This document shows positions 25,901 to 38,032 of a stretch of 64,000 nt of DNA, piece after piece (within the stretch, counting starts at the first letter, position 1; every line of letters starts with the position of its first letter). Source of the stretch: Narcine bancroftii. Taxonomy: Eukaryota. The notes beneath the pieces are model-generated. The model saw only the letters and a program-made list of their open reading frames with translations. It did not search any database and was not told the DNA's origin. The translations under genes and the position numbers were made by a program. The DNA is taken from assembly GCF_036971445.1 (NCBI RefSeq), contig NC_091477.1:111848001-111912000 (forward strand). Reading direction: 5' to 3'.

Positions 25901-27495
25901 TTTTTGAAGAAATCTCCGGTAGGATAGACAAAGGGGAAGCTGTGGATGTTATTTACTTGGATTTTCAAAAGGCTTCCGATAAGGTGTCGCATTCTCGCCT
26001 GATAAATAAAATGAAGGCCCATGGAATTACAGGGACGCTATTAGATTGGATAGAAAATTGGCTGATAGGCAGAAAGCAAAGGGTTGAAATTAAGGGATCC
26101 TGTTCAGAACGGCTGCCTATAACAAGTGGTATTCCGCAGGGGTCGGTCTTGGGCCTGCTGCTGTTTACAATTTATATTAACAATTTGGATTGTGGAATGA
26201 ATAGTTTTCTGACCAAATTTGCAGATGACACCAAGATAGGTGGCGGAGCAGGATGTGTTGAAGAAACCATAACATTGCAGAGGGATATGGACAGACTGGG
26301 AGACGGGGTAAAAGTATGCAGATGAAGTACAATGTTGAGAAGTGTTCAGTTCTCCATTTTGGCAGTGGAAATAAACAGGCAGAGTACTATTTGGATGGGG
26401 AGAAAATTCAGTCCTCGGAGGTGCAAAGAGACCTGGGCGCCCTTGTGCAGAGTTATCTAAAAGTTAATGCCCAGGTGAAGAAGGCAAATGCTATGCTAGC
26501 ATTCATTTCAAGAGGTATTGTATTGTATTTAAGAGTAGAGAGGTGTTAATGAGGCTCTATGGGCCATTGGTGAGACCTCAATTGGAGTACTGTGTGCGGC
26601 TTTGGGCCCCCTATCTTAGAAAAGATGAGGCTGCAGAGGAGATTTACCAGGATGATTCCTGGAATGAAGGGGCTAGAGTATGGGGAACATTTGGCAGCTC
26701 TAGGATTGTACTCATTGGAGTATAGGAGAGTGAGGGGGGGGGGGGGGTGGGATCTCATAAGACTCTTTCAGGTGGCCAATTGCCCTGCATGTTAAGCTGC
26801 ATGTTTAGGCAATATGCAGCTGTTTTGAGGCCACCTGAATGTGCAGGAGGCGCTCTTGAGGTGAGCTACGTAACCCTCCTCCGGGAGGGATAATCTGCTC
26901 AGCTCAGTGGCTCCCCCAGCCACCTGAATGCAGCTGGCTGAAAGCAAATGTTAAAGGGTCAGGTGACACTGGGCAAGAGCCGAGTGTGCTCAGAGCCGCA
27001 TCCTGTGCATCTGTGTCCTTCAGGTGGCCAGCGTTGTGCTTTAAACGCTGCCACCTGAACGGCAATTTAAAGGGCCGCTTCTGCTTCTTCGGGCACATTC
27101 TTAGCATAGAATGCACCTGAAAAAGCCTATAGAGACATTTCAAATATTGAAAGGTTTTGACAAAGTGAATGTGGATAAGATGATTCCCTTGGTGGGTGAA
27201 TCAAGGACAAGGGGTCATAGTTTTAAAATTGGAAGTTGTCCAATTAGAACAGAGAGGAGGAAGGACTTCTATAGTTAGAGGGTCATGGATCTGTGAAACT
27301 CACAAAACAGCGGAGCCCAGATCACTGGGAGAATTTAAGCACAAAATGGATAGGTATCTCATTAGTAAGGGTATCAAGGGATATAGGGCAAAGGCTGCTA
27401 ATTGTAACTTGGGGTGAGTTTAGTTTAGCAGTGCATAGCCATGGAACAGACCCGATGGGCCTAGTGACCTGCTTCTGGTCCTTTATCTTGTGATC
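22990..27495 (+). mobile_element. Near full-length decayed CR1 LINE in a DNER intron
   Basis: 5' UTR with gagtggcgcagt repeats. ORF1 has a Cys finger (CSSC...CRKC), a coiled coil and SGNH-esterase motifs (CCLPGARVRDV, DGLH). ORF2 has APE motifs (YLNAHSIRNK, IVAITETWL) and RT motifs (YLDFQKASDKV, GIPQGSVLG, FADDT). Many stops and frameshifts. Confidence 0.93.
26760..27128. mobile_element. MITE (PIF/Harbinger-like) inserted in the CR1
   Basis: TIRs agactctttcaggtg / cacctgaaaaagcct and a 3-bp TSD ata. Removing it restores CR1 gatctcatagagacatt. Confidence 0.8.
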
Positions 27496-27606
27496 TCGCG
27501 ATTATTTGTGTGCAACTGTGACTGAGGGAAAAAAGGGAAAGGTTTGACATTCCAAAATCTTCTTTCAAAAGTCACCAGCATTCTTGCTGTCCCTCTGCTT
27601 GAGCAG

Positions 27607-27738
27607 GTGAAGTCTGTGAGACCGATGTAAATGAGTGTGAGAGCAATCCTTGCCATAATGAAGGAACATGTGTGGACCAAGTGAATGGCTACAGCTGCCA
27701 CTGCCTTCATGGCTGGGTTGGAATTAACTGTGATGTCC
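27607..27738 (+). CDS. DNER: DNER coding exon (132 nt, calcium-binding-type EGF repeat)
   Basis: gagcag acceptor and gtaagt donor. Translates [45 protein letters not shown]. Not in the ORF track. Confidence 0.96.
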
Positions 27739-28313
27739 GTAAGTATTTCCTCTTTCAGATGTCCTATGGTTTAGCCCTTATCAAGAGAATCCCAGACAAG
27801 ATCATCCTAAAGATTTTGTTTAATACTAGTTATTTTGTTTGATAGGACATTGACTCTTTGTATAAGAGTATGCATGACTTTTGCTTTTAACTCATGCAAC
27901 ATCAAGAATTCTGAGCTGTCCAAATTTAAGTGCCAATCAGCAAGAGATGTCTTCATTAATCATTCTACTGGAAAGACTTACAATGCCATTTACAGAGAAT
28001 GTTGAGGAGTAATAATTTGTACCCAACTTTCAACGTACATTCTTTTATTTCCTTGTGATGCACCAAATCTGCACCAATTGCATTCTACATTATGATTTTT
28101 ACAATGACGAAGTTAGTCAATGAACTACAAGCTAACAAAACAAAATGCATTGTAAAATTCTTAACTTAAATGAACTCTCAATGTGTAAAAAATGTCCTGC
28201 TTTTGCAGTATTTTATGATGTTGTGCTATTCACATGATTAAGCTTCTTCAGCTACCAGCTATTGAGTGAAGGTGTATAGCTTTGTCTTGAATACCTCTAA
28301 TTATTCTGTGCAG

Positions 28314-28560
28314 ACCTGGAATGGAAATCTGATCAGATGGCAGAGAGCCTAAATAACATGCCTCGTCATTCCCTCTACATTATCATCGGAGCCCTCTGTG
28401 TGGCTTTTATCCTAATGCTGATTATCTTGATCGTGGGGATCTGTCGCATCAGCCGCATTGAGTACCAGGGATCTTCCAGGCCATCGTATGAAGAGTTCTA
28501 CAACTGCAGGAGCATTGATAGTGAATTCAGCAACGCGATAGCTTCAATTCGACATGCCAG
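28314..28560 (+). CDS. DNER: DNER coding exon (247 nt, transmembrane helix and cytoplasmic start)
   Basis: gtgcag acceptor and gtgaga donor. Translates LEWKSDQMAESLNNMPRHSLYIIIGALCVAFILMLIILIVGICRISRIEYQGSSRPSYEEFYNCRSIDSEFSNAIASIRHAR. Confidence 0.98.
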
Positions 28561-28629
28561 GTGAGAGGACACACAACATTCCTCATCACTAATTAGCCCA
28601 ACCTCTCACCTTCCCCAAACAACAGCAAT

Positions 28630-29960
28630 GGAACTATTGCAACAACACAAGTAAATAGGAACAATACCTCTCAGACACTTCGTACGTGCCCCACCATTCC
28701 ATGTGCTCGTGGCTAATCTACACTGGCCTCCACTCATCTTCCATGCCATTTCTCCATATCCCTCTATACCCTGATCTATCAAACATTTATCCACCTCCAC
28801 TTTAAATATTTTCTAGTGATCCAGCTTCCACCACGCACTAGGCTAGAGAATTCCAGTGATTCAGTGCCCTTTGCAAGAGAAAATTTCTTAGTATCTCAGT
28901 TTTAAATGACCATCCCCTTATTTTGTAGTTATATCCCATTGTTCAAGACTCTTCTAGTGAGAACATCACAACATCTAGCCTCTCAAGCCCCATTACCATC
29001 TGGCATTTTTGAATAGAGTCTTCTTCATTCTTCTAAGCACAATGGAATACAGGCCCAAACTATTTAATTTCTCTTGGGAGGACAACCCTGTCATTCCCAA
29101 GACAGCCTGGTGAATCTCTTTTCCACTGCCTCCTTGTATCTTTTTAGGTAAGACAACCATAACTGTAGGCCATAATCCAGGTAAGGTGACACCAACACCC
29201 TGTGCAAGTGCAACAAAACATCCCTATTTTTCAACCCCAACCACTATGCAAAGAAGGTCAAAATTCCATTTTCCTTCTTAACTACTTGTTTGACCTACCT
29301 GCCAACTACTTGTACTTCACTCACTTGCAGAGTCTGCCCACTTAGATAATAATCTTCCATTTGACGTCTTTTACAGAAGTTCATTCCCTGCATTAAACTT
29401 CATTTACCAGGCTTTATCCATTCACCCAGTCTATACCTTACTGCAGAATGACAGTATCCTTACCACACCAGGCCCCCTTAACCATTTTCATTCATCAACA
29501 CATTGAGAAACCTTTCATACTGTTCCTTCATCTCAATCACTGATGTAAAAACTGAATAATTGCGGTCCACAAACTGGTCTCTGCAATGATCCAGTAATTA
29601 TCCCTGCCCAGACTGAAAAGGACCCATTTATTTCCACCTCTGTGTTTTCTATGAGACAGCTAGCTTTCTAATTCTAACTCATTTCCTCCAAACTACTGGC
29701 CTTTTTAATTTAAGCACCAGCCTCTTGCGTGTGAACCTTAACAAATGCCTTTTGGATACCTAAATGGGCTCACCTTTGTCAACTCACCTTGTTACATCCT
29801 CTAAGTATTTGAGAAAATTTGTCAAACATGATTTTGTTGACTAGGTTTAATTATCTTCAGCTTTCCTAAATGATTAGCTATTTCCTCTTTGTTAATTGCC
29901 ATTAATAGTTATTAAACTAACTGGCCTCAAGTTCCCTTCCTAATGCCTTTCTCCTTTGGA
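28630..29960 (-). mobile_element. Degraded CR1 LINE (RT region to 3' UTR)
   Basis: Reverse-strand CR1 terminus (minus ORF VDKCLIDQGIEGYGE) and RT-like remnants such as aaatgccttttggatacctaaat. Confidence 0.75.
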
Positions 29961-30111
29961 TGAATACTGAATCAGTCATGGCCCCTGCACAATATCATAA
30001 ACTCTTCCATCATTCTTTTCATTTAAACTCACCTTTCTTTTCAGTTCCAGATCGTGTAATAAATACGATCACTTTTTCCAGATAATGCTCCCTATGAAAG
30101 TAAGCTTAAAT

Positions 30112-30472
30112 CAATGGTTCTCAACCTTTTTTTTACCACTCACATATCACTTTAAGTATTCCCTATGCCATCGGTGCTCTGTGATTAGTAAGGGATTGCT
30201 TAAGGTGGGATGTGGGTGGAAAGAAAAAGGTTTAATCGTACCTGATTGACTCGTTATGTGCACGGTTTCATAACTCCAAAGGAAATGGGCCAATGCCAAT
30301 TTTTCTTAAGCAAAATATTTCACTAACAATTGGGTCTAGAGCAGTGATTCTCAACCTTCCCTTCCCACTCACATCCCACCTTAACCAATCCCTTACTAAT
30401 CACAGAGCACCGATGGCATCAGGATTACTTAAAGAGGTATGTGAGTGGAAAGAAAAAGATTGAGAACCACTG
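30112..30472. mobile_element. hAT-Charlie-type MITE with long inverted arms
   Basis: Ends caatggttctcaac / ttgagaaccactg, 8-bp TSD gcttaaat/gcttgtat, arms of about 120 bp. Confidence 0.88.
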
Positions 30473-30486
30473 GCTTGTATAATAGA

Positions 30487-30675
30487 AATATGGAGATGCT
30501 GGAGGAACTCAGCCGGTCTCATAGTGTCCAGAGGAGGCAAAGATATATTTCAAACGTTTCAGGTCTAAACTCTTCTTCAAGGTATTCCTCTGGATACTGT
30601 GAGACTGGCTGAGTTCCTCTAACACCTCTATGTTTTTACTACAATCACAACGTCGCCATACTTCCGTGTTTCATC
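30487..30675. mobile_element. Penelope-like fold-back repeat
   Basis: ggaggaactcagccggtctcatagtgtccagagga pairs with tcctctggatactgtgagactggctgagttcctct. Confidence 0.65.
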
Positions 30676-30888
30676 TTATAGTCATGCCCAGTACTATTAA
30701 TCCCAACGAAGTCAGGTAAATTATAGCAAAGATTTTATTTAAACTATAACTTTCAGTGTTATAGAAGCTTGTTTTCCCAGAAACAGTACCTGGGAATTAA
30801 TTATTTTCTCTGTTTGTTATTTGTTCTGACTACAGTACAAGCCCCGTCTCTCTTCCTCTCTCACAATCTCTATCTTTATTCACTTTAG

Positions 30889-31000
30889 GTTTGGTAAGAA
30901 GGCAAGGCCAGCGATGTATGATGCAACCACTGTGGCCTATGAAGATTACAGCCCTGATGATAAACCACTGGTCACTCTAATTAAAACAAAAGATTTGTAA
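30889..31000 (+). CDS. DNER: DNER last coding exon
   Basis: ctttag acceptor. Translates FGKKARPAMYDATTVAYEDYSPDDKPLVTLIKTKDL*, with TAA at 30998-31000. Confidence 0.98.
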
Positions 31001-32940
31001 AGCACAGCTCATCTTTTTTGGGAATAAGAGAAGAAGCACGAACACGGGCTGATCCTTACACAATCAAACACACAAAAAAACACATCGGCTAAATATTTTT
31101 AAGACAGAAAACAGCTGAAATATTTTGCTTTGAGCTAAATGGTTGTTTTTCTCATAATTTATCATTTAAAAACACTTTTATGCAGAATACATGAATTGGA
31201 AGTGTGTGTTTCTAAAATACTCGCTATGTTAATGAAATATATTTTCACCGTGACTACTGATCTTAAAAATATTTATCGTATTAGATTATGAAATATTCAC
31301 ATAAATCATAACACCTCTAAGATAAACAATCTGGTTGTTGGTATATTTGTGTTTTTTAATGTCCTGTGAACAAATAATGCACCTTAGTCTGTAGTAATTT
31401 AGATTTGTTTTTGACAGCTCATTCCTTGGGCTCTTTTTATTGGGAGAGTGGGACAACACCAGTGCTTGCAACACTATATTTTAACTCTTTACAATAAACT
31501 TGAGAATGAACTACTAGGATAAATAACTAATCTGTGTGGATGCAGAGACGGTGCACAATGGTCATGCCAGTTTCCAAATTGCATGGACTGGAAATTGTCA
31601 CAAATGTGATTGTCTTGTTCAGGAAGGGTTGGCATAGCCAATGAGAACATTTATGAGGCTAGAAACCATAGTGGGCCCAAGAATTGATTAATGTAAATGT
31701 ATACAAAAATGGGAAACAATTGAAATACTCACTTAATTAGCACTCAAGTCTCAGTACCACTTTATTTGTAGACTTCCCAAATGGCAGACTCTCTCTCAAG
31801 TTATTTTAATAGAAAAATAAAACCAGAAAAATATAAAATTAGTGCTAATCCTTTGAGAGTATTTAACAGTTATAGAGGTTTCTGATGGTGAAATACTCCT
31901 TTAACTCATAATGATCAAAATCTGCAGGATTGTATTTTGCTGAATGCTTAATTTCTCCATATTGTGATAGCTTTCAGTAACTTAAAGATCAAATCTTTTC
32001 ATCAGAATCTTCTTGAAAATTCAATGCCGAATTGCTGAGGAGATTTTCAATCAAGAGGCTCTCTTGAAATGGCTCTTTAACAACGGAACCTGCTTAGATG
32101 TGTTAGTGACCTTGATGAGTGAAGCAGTTTGAACCAATGCCTGTGTTAATGTAGCTCCAGTTATACAATTAAATCCAACCATGTGTCAACAAACCACCAC
32201 ATAGTGGAAAGACAAAAAAAAAAGATCTAATGATCAACATATATAAACCAGATTAAACAGAAAGATGTTAACTGGGCAGTTTTGTTTTACTGTAAAGATT
32301 TTACTAGAGATCTAATGCATCCATGGGGAAAAAAAACAGTGATATCAGTCTGCACCTATTGTTTCATAAATTTATAAACTAATCTAACGGTGTTCAATTT
32401 TCATTTTATACTTCCTTACAACCAAACAGCAAAATTATTCAACCCTTTAATATGAATGGATACCGAACATTTTTTTAAAAACAGGTCAGAATGTTGAGAG
32501 ACTCACTCTTCAGATGCCTAGAGTTTAGTACCCTTTCATTGTTGTGTTGAATCGAGAAGCAGTCTGTGAAATGTGAAGGGGCTGCGTTTCCCAATTAAAG
32601 CTGCAGTGAGGTTTGAGAAGTGATGTTCTGCCCTTCAAGCAAAAGAATGTTGTTTTCTGCAAGTTGACCACCTTGGTATAAGCTTCTGTTTCTCCTGCTG
32701 TGGCATGGGCTGTGCTCCTTTTGTCGTTTTTTGCTGTTGGTAGCTTGTATTTTTTTTGTGTTGGGAGGGAGCAGGGTTGTTTGTTGGTGTGTTGACCTGT
32801 AATGTGCATCTTGAATTTCCAAATTGCTCATGCTGAACATAACCTATTTCTGACTGAAATAGATTGATGTTTGATTTGTTCCATTAAATCCATGGATCAA
32901 AGCTGTGTGTTAAGAATCAATAAAGCTCAAACAAAAAAAA
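31001..32940 (+). other. DNER: Probable DNER 3' UTR with candidate poly(A) signals
   Basis: AT-rich and free of recognisable repeats after the stop. AATAAA at 31493, about 31816 and 32919. The true end is unknown. Confidence 0.5.
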
Positions 32941-33489
32941 AGGACTCAGTTCATTGTGTGGCAAAACCTTGCACTTAAATTCTCATCTGCTTTGAATACA
33001 CATTGTGAATATGTAGACCAGAAACTCCAGGAAGTTTATTCATCATTGCTAATGGACACTGAAGACGTGACTTACCAAAATCAAATAGCTTCTTACACTG
33101 TTAGATCCTTCCTGAGTTCCTGTGCCACACTGACCAAGGTGAGTAAATGAAGAGTCGATTCTTCCTCTTTGTATTCCTCTTCATATCTAGATTCATAGAC
33201 CCTCTTGTCACCATTCCTCACATCAGTCACTACCAATTCACTCCAGTGACTACTGTAGCCTACACAGTAGAAATCAGTGGGATATTGAAAGGTCATTTAT
33301 AAAACATAAAATATATGTTTAATATATTTAAAAGTTATTTTAAAAATGCACCTATCATGTTTTCCTTCCCCTGCAGAGTTCAGCATTTTCCTCCAGCCTT
33401 GCAAAGAATTCAGAGAGGAATGTGTCCTCTCACACACACACTCTCAGCAGGTGTTCCTGCCACTTGCAAGCTCACAATCATTTGCCAAG

Positions 33490-33878
33490 TGCCTTCCCAA
33501 GATCATGCTATATGGCGAGCTCTCCACTGGCCACCGTGACAGAGGTGCACCAAAGAAGAGGTACAAGGACTGCCTAAAGAAATCTCTTGGTGCCTGCCAC
33601 ATTGACCACCGCCAGTGGGCTGATCTCGCCTCAAACCGTGCATCTTGGCGCCTCGCAGTTCGGCGGGCAGCAACCTCCTTTGAAGAAGACCGCAGAGCCC
33701 ACCTCACTGACAAACGACAAAGGAGGAAAAACTCAACACCCAACCCCAACCAACCAATTTTCCGCTGCAACCGTGTCTGCCTGTCCCGCATCGGACTTGT
33801 CAGCCACAAACGAGCCTGCAGCTGACGTGGACATTTACCCCCTCCATAAATCTTTGTCCGCGAAGCCAAGCCAAAGAA
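33490..33878 (+). mobile_element. RTE LINE 3' fragment
   Basis: LPKIMLYGELSTGHRDRGAPKKRYKD and the gccaagccaaagaa tail. Nearly identical to 16073-16467. Confidence 0.92.
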
Positions 33879-34480
33879 TAACCTAACGAAGTGGACCCCA
33901 CAAAGTGACTGATGGTGTATGCTGTTACAGTGCACCTTCAGAGGGAATGGTTTCCTCTTTGGAACCAACTCATTGGTGGTAGGCAGCACTTGCTGTATGC
34001 TTAATGATCCTGGAAAACAAATATTCAGTAGTTACAATATAATATTCTTGATCTTATTAGAGTTTCTTTTAATTTAAAAAAAAAAGTGATATTTGTATTT
34101 CTTTTATCAGGTATCCTGAAGCCTGATGGATACATGGGAAGCCACTTTGATTCAGAGGTTGTTTGCATCGTTTATCGAGACTAAATGCCGAGTCCCACTC
34201 TCTTTCATGGTTAGAACAAGCGGTCATATAAACTAGATTCAGGCATTTACCCACTGGGTGCAAAGTATTCCGTGAGGGTGGCATTGGGGCAGATGCATTG
34301 TGCTGCACAAAGGTGAGTGGCAAAGGGGAAATGAATGAATAGGGATGTGATGAAGTGGAGTCTGAGAGCTGCAGAAAGTTCAGTGGGTTTGAGGGATAGA
34401 TCTCATTTGCCCTGCAAGACAGAATGAAGTAACAGAGAATGTAAAGCATGTGATGCAATTGATCTAGCAAATACACTTGC

Positions 34481-34915
34481 TTTTCTTTGGCTTGGCTTCG
34501 CGGACGAAGATTTATGGAGGGGGTAAATGTCCACGTCAGCTGCAGGCTCGTTTGTGGCTGACAAGTCCAATGTGGGACAGGCAGACACAATTGCAGCGGT
34601 TGCAAGGGAAAATTGGTTGGTTGGGGTTGGGTGTTGGGTTTTTCCTCCTTTGCCTTTTGTCAGTGAGGTGGGCTCTGCGGTCTTCTTCAAAGGAGGTTGC
34701 TGCCCGCCAAACTGTGAGGCGCCAAGATGCACAGTTTGAGGCGATATCAGCCCACTGGCGGTGGTCAATGTGGCAGGCACCAAGAGATTTCTTTAGGCAG
34801 TCCTTGTACCTTTTCTTTGGTTCACCTCTGTCACGGTGGCCAGTGGAGAGCTCGCCATATAACACGATCTTGGGTAGGCGATGGTCCTCCATTCTGGAGA
34901 TGTGACCTGCCCAGC
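34481..34915 (-). mobile_element. RTE LINE 3' fragment
   Basis: MEDHRLPKIVLYGELSTGHRDRG... on the minus strand, with the same tail. Confidence 0.92.
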
Positions 34916-35339
34916 GCAGCTTTTACAGCCACACACAAAGCCTTTTCATCATAAGTAAGATCTGGACACAACACCCCTGCTGATTGTGTTAGCTGCCTCC
35001 GCCTATACATTAATCAGATCAGTCAGCTTCTTCCGTCAGGTGCGACAGAAAGGCACCCATGAATAATTCTAACATACTAGATTTAAGTCTATGATCCATC
35101 TTGGACACTAACAAATTCCACTGGGATTGTTTCTTGAATATAGTTGAAACCGCATCTTCTGGAAAATCACGAAAATAGAGTTCTAATCACAGGTTTTGTC
35201 CTCCTTAAATGAATTGCTCTGCTGTTGATGTCCATGTCCATGCCATGCCTCTGTTGGCCTACTTCCAAGCATTCATCCTCTATAAAAATTCATCTCAAAT
35301 AAAGTTTGTTCTCTAATCAGTTCCAACACCACCGGTAAT

Positions 35340-35692
35340 GTGCTTGGCAATTACATTAGTTCCCTCTCTCTTTTCCTTATCCCTGTCTCTTCTCCCTCTC
35401 TCTTTCCCTTTCCCTCTGCATTCACCCATCTCCCAATCAATTCTCACTTTCCTCTCCTGTCCTCCTATCCATGTCCAGTTATTGCCTTTGACCTGTTGGC
35501 CTGGGCTTCTCCTCCCCCAGCCATTTTATTCAGGCACCTGCCTATTTTTTGCTCATCCCTTGAAGAAGGGCTCAGTCCCAAGATGTAGGTTATATGTCCT
35601 CACCTCCTATGGATACTGAGAGACCTACCCAATTCCTCCAACATTTTGTGTTTTTACTACAATCACAGCCTCAGCAAATTTTCATGGTTCAC
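35340..35692 (+). mobile_element. Penelope-like repeat
   Basis: Pyrimidine-rich run, then ccttgaagaagggctcag...aattcctccaacattttgtgtttttactacaatcacag. Confidence 0.6.
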
Positions 35693-36084
35693 TCCAAATT
35701 CTTCAAGTATTTGCTTTCTATAACTAAAACTTTCTGCCTCCCACTTCATTGTCCATCTTTAAGGTGTTCCATGAGACTTGTCTTTATGATCACTGAGAGC
35801 CATTTTACCATTTAAAGGTGCAATATCAATTAAAGTTATTTGATATCAGCACTTTTGCTATTGAGGCCAACACTCCTATTTACAATTTTGAGTGAGTTAT
35901 TTTCTTCGGTACAAGCATTTTTCTTTTAACTTGAACCAGATTCCTGCTATGGTGAGGTAATAGCACTTGACGATATATCTATTTGAGTGGTAATTATTGG
36001 TCTTTCATTTTACTAAGTTATTACTGGAATACATTGCACTGTATATCAATCAAACTGACTATATCAAATTTTGTATATTAGTAG

Positions 36085-36696
36085 TGTTATGAGCCCAAAG
36101 GACCCCAAATCCCAGCAGCAATAACATTCGCCAAGATATGTAGTTACTTAAACAAAATTTGTTTTTAATTATCTTTAAATATGAAAAAGAATCAAACTTT
36201 AATTTATCTCTATTAACTTAACTGACCCAACTCAACCCCCTTCTAATTCTAAGCACACGTGTATGTAATGTGTGTGTAAATTTAAGAAACATTCTTTGGT
36301 TCACAGTTCAATCTCACTTCTCGTTCTTCCAAGTTCACTGGTTTCAGACAATTCTTCTACTGTGCACAGAATTTAACATGTATAAAGTTCGCCAGGCTTT
36401 GGTGCTCGAAAGGTAAATGCTTGCAGCTCAGGAAGGTCCTTGTAGGTTTGCAGAGAGAGATTTGTTGTTCCAGGATTTCCAAAACTGAGCTACCAACATT
36501 AGTCACCTCAAGGTCTTGCTGATGAAACTTGGCCCATCAGGGTTCTCCAGATGATAACCTCTTTCTTTCAGGCTACCACAGAGTTCCCTTCTGTTCTTTT
36601 TATTCCAAGAGGAACATCAGACAGATAGCACTTCCAGCCATCTGCCACTCTGGAGCTTCTGTTTCATTTCCAACAAGCTTCTCCTGGCTGACACTG

Positions 36697-36737
<41 letters not shown>

Positions 36738-37122
36738 CACCTCTGAGATTCAAACTGCCAGCCACACGTCCTTCTCTCTCTCACTTGCAAAACCCCCTCC
36801 TTCTCCAGCCAGCAATAGGAGTTAGTCTTCTACTCCCATCTGTTGTTTTAGGTAAACAAACCCTCTCAATGACCTTTGAGTGAGCACTTTACAGAGAGGT
36901 CAGAAGTATTGTAAAAATGTCCAACACATATGACCTGTCTCCAGTCCATTCATTTCATGACATCATTTAAATTAGCATCTAGTTGTGAAATGTGCATAGC
37001 ATTCTCCATAGTTTCTGTAAAGTCACTGAATATGAATTCTTCAGTATTTCAAATAAGATCTGTTTTAAAATGTGTGTATGTATATAACCTACTCTAATTT
37101 TACCAATTTATCTCCCAAAAAC
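36085..37122. mobile_element. Probable long solo LTR containing a (CT)n tract (about 36703-36737)
   Basis: Begins TGTTATGAGCCC and ends ...AAAACA, with composition distinct from the flanks. No TSD found. Confidence 0.45.
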
Positions 37123-37292
37123 ATTCCCAAAAATTAAATCACAGTAGCAAACAAGGAATAATGGATGAACTCAGTAGGTCAGACAGCATCCATGGGTAGA
37201 AATGTTCAGTCAACATTTCAGGAGAAAAGGAGATGATATTACATAAAAATATTTAAATAGGTTAAAAAATAAATTGCTGGATATACACACAC

Positions 37293-37294
<2 letters not shown>

Positions 37295-37357
<63 letters not shown>
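37295..37357. repeat. (GT)n microsatellite
   Basis: About 31 GT units. Confidence 0.97.
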
Positions 37358-37359
<2 letters not shown>

Positions 37360-38032
37360 ATATCTATTTCTCTTTCTTCTTGATGAATGTTCCAGTCCTG
37401 AAATGTTTCAAGTCAAGATCCTGCAACAGGACAACTCTCTCTGCTTCAACAGATGCTGCCGAACCTTTTGAGATCCTCCAGCTGTTTCTGATCCTCATGC
37501 TAAATAAAATAAATCTTTATCTCCAAAGGGAGGTGGATTCTCTGACTAGTTTTATGCCCAGCAAGCTTGTTGGTTCGGATTTTTATTTTAAGAACGACTG
37601 AGATGTAGCTAAAGAAAACTTGAATTGGTCTCTTCAACCTTTTGGGTTAGACATTTCATATAAATTTCAACTGATCTTTGCATATCTCAATCACTACAGA
37701 GAAAGAACACTGGCTGGGTCCATCTCACCTGTTTGAGGGCTCTGAGGCTAATTAGGCATCCTGGTTCCTATTCAAGAAAAGTCATATAGATGGGCACCAA
37801 AATTCATCTCTTCTGACCTCTGTGTTTCCAAACTGCACTAAACAATTATCCACAAGACCTCTACAGAGTCTATGTGATCAAATATGTTTCTGAAATATCA
37901 CCCCTAAACCTTTGATCTTGATTGTTCTGTGCTAAAGCCTGATATCAGGTTTATATGACCACACAAACAATTATAGATTCTATACAATTAATTAGAAACC
38001 TACCCCTGAAACCACACCCTCCCCTTCTCCAT

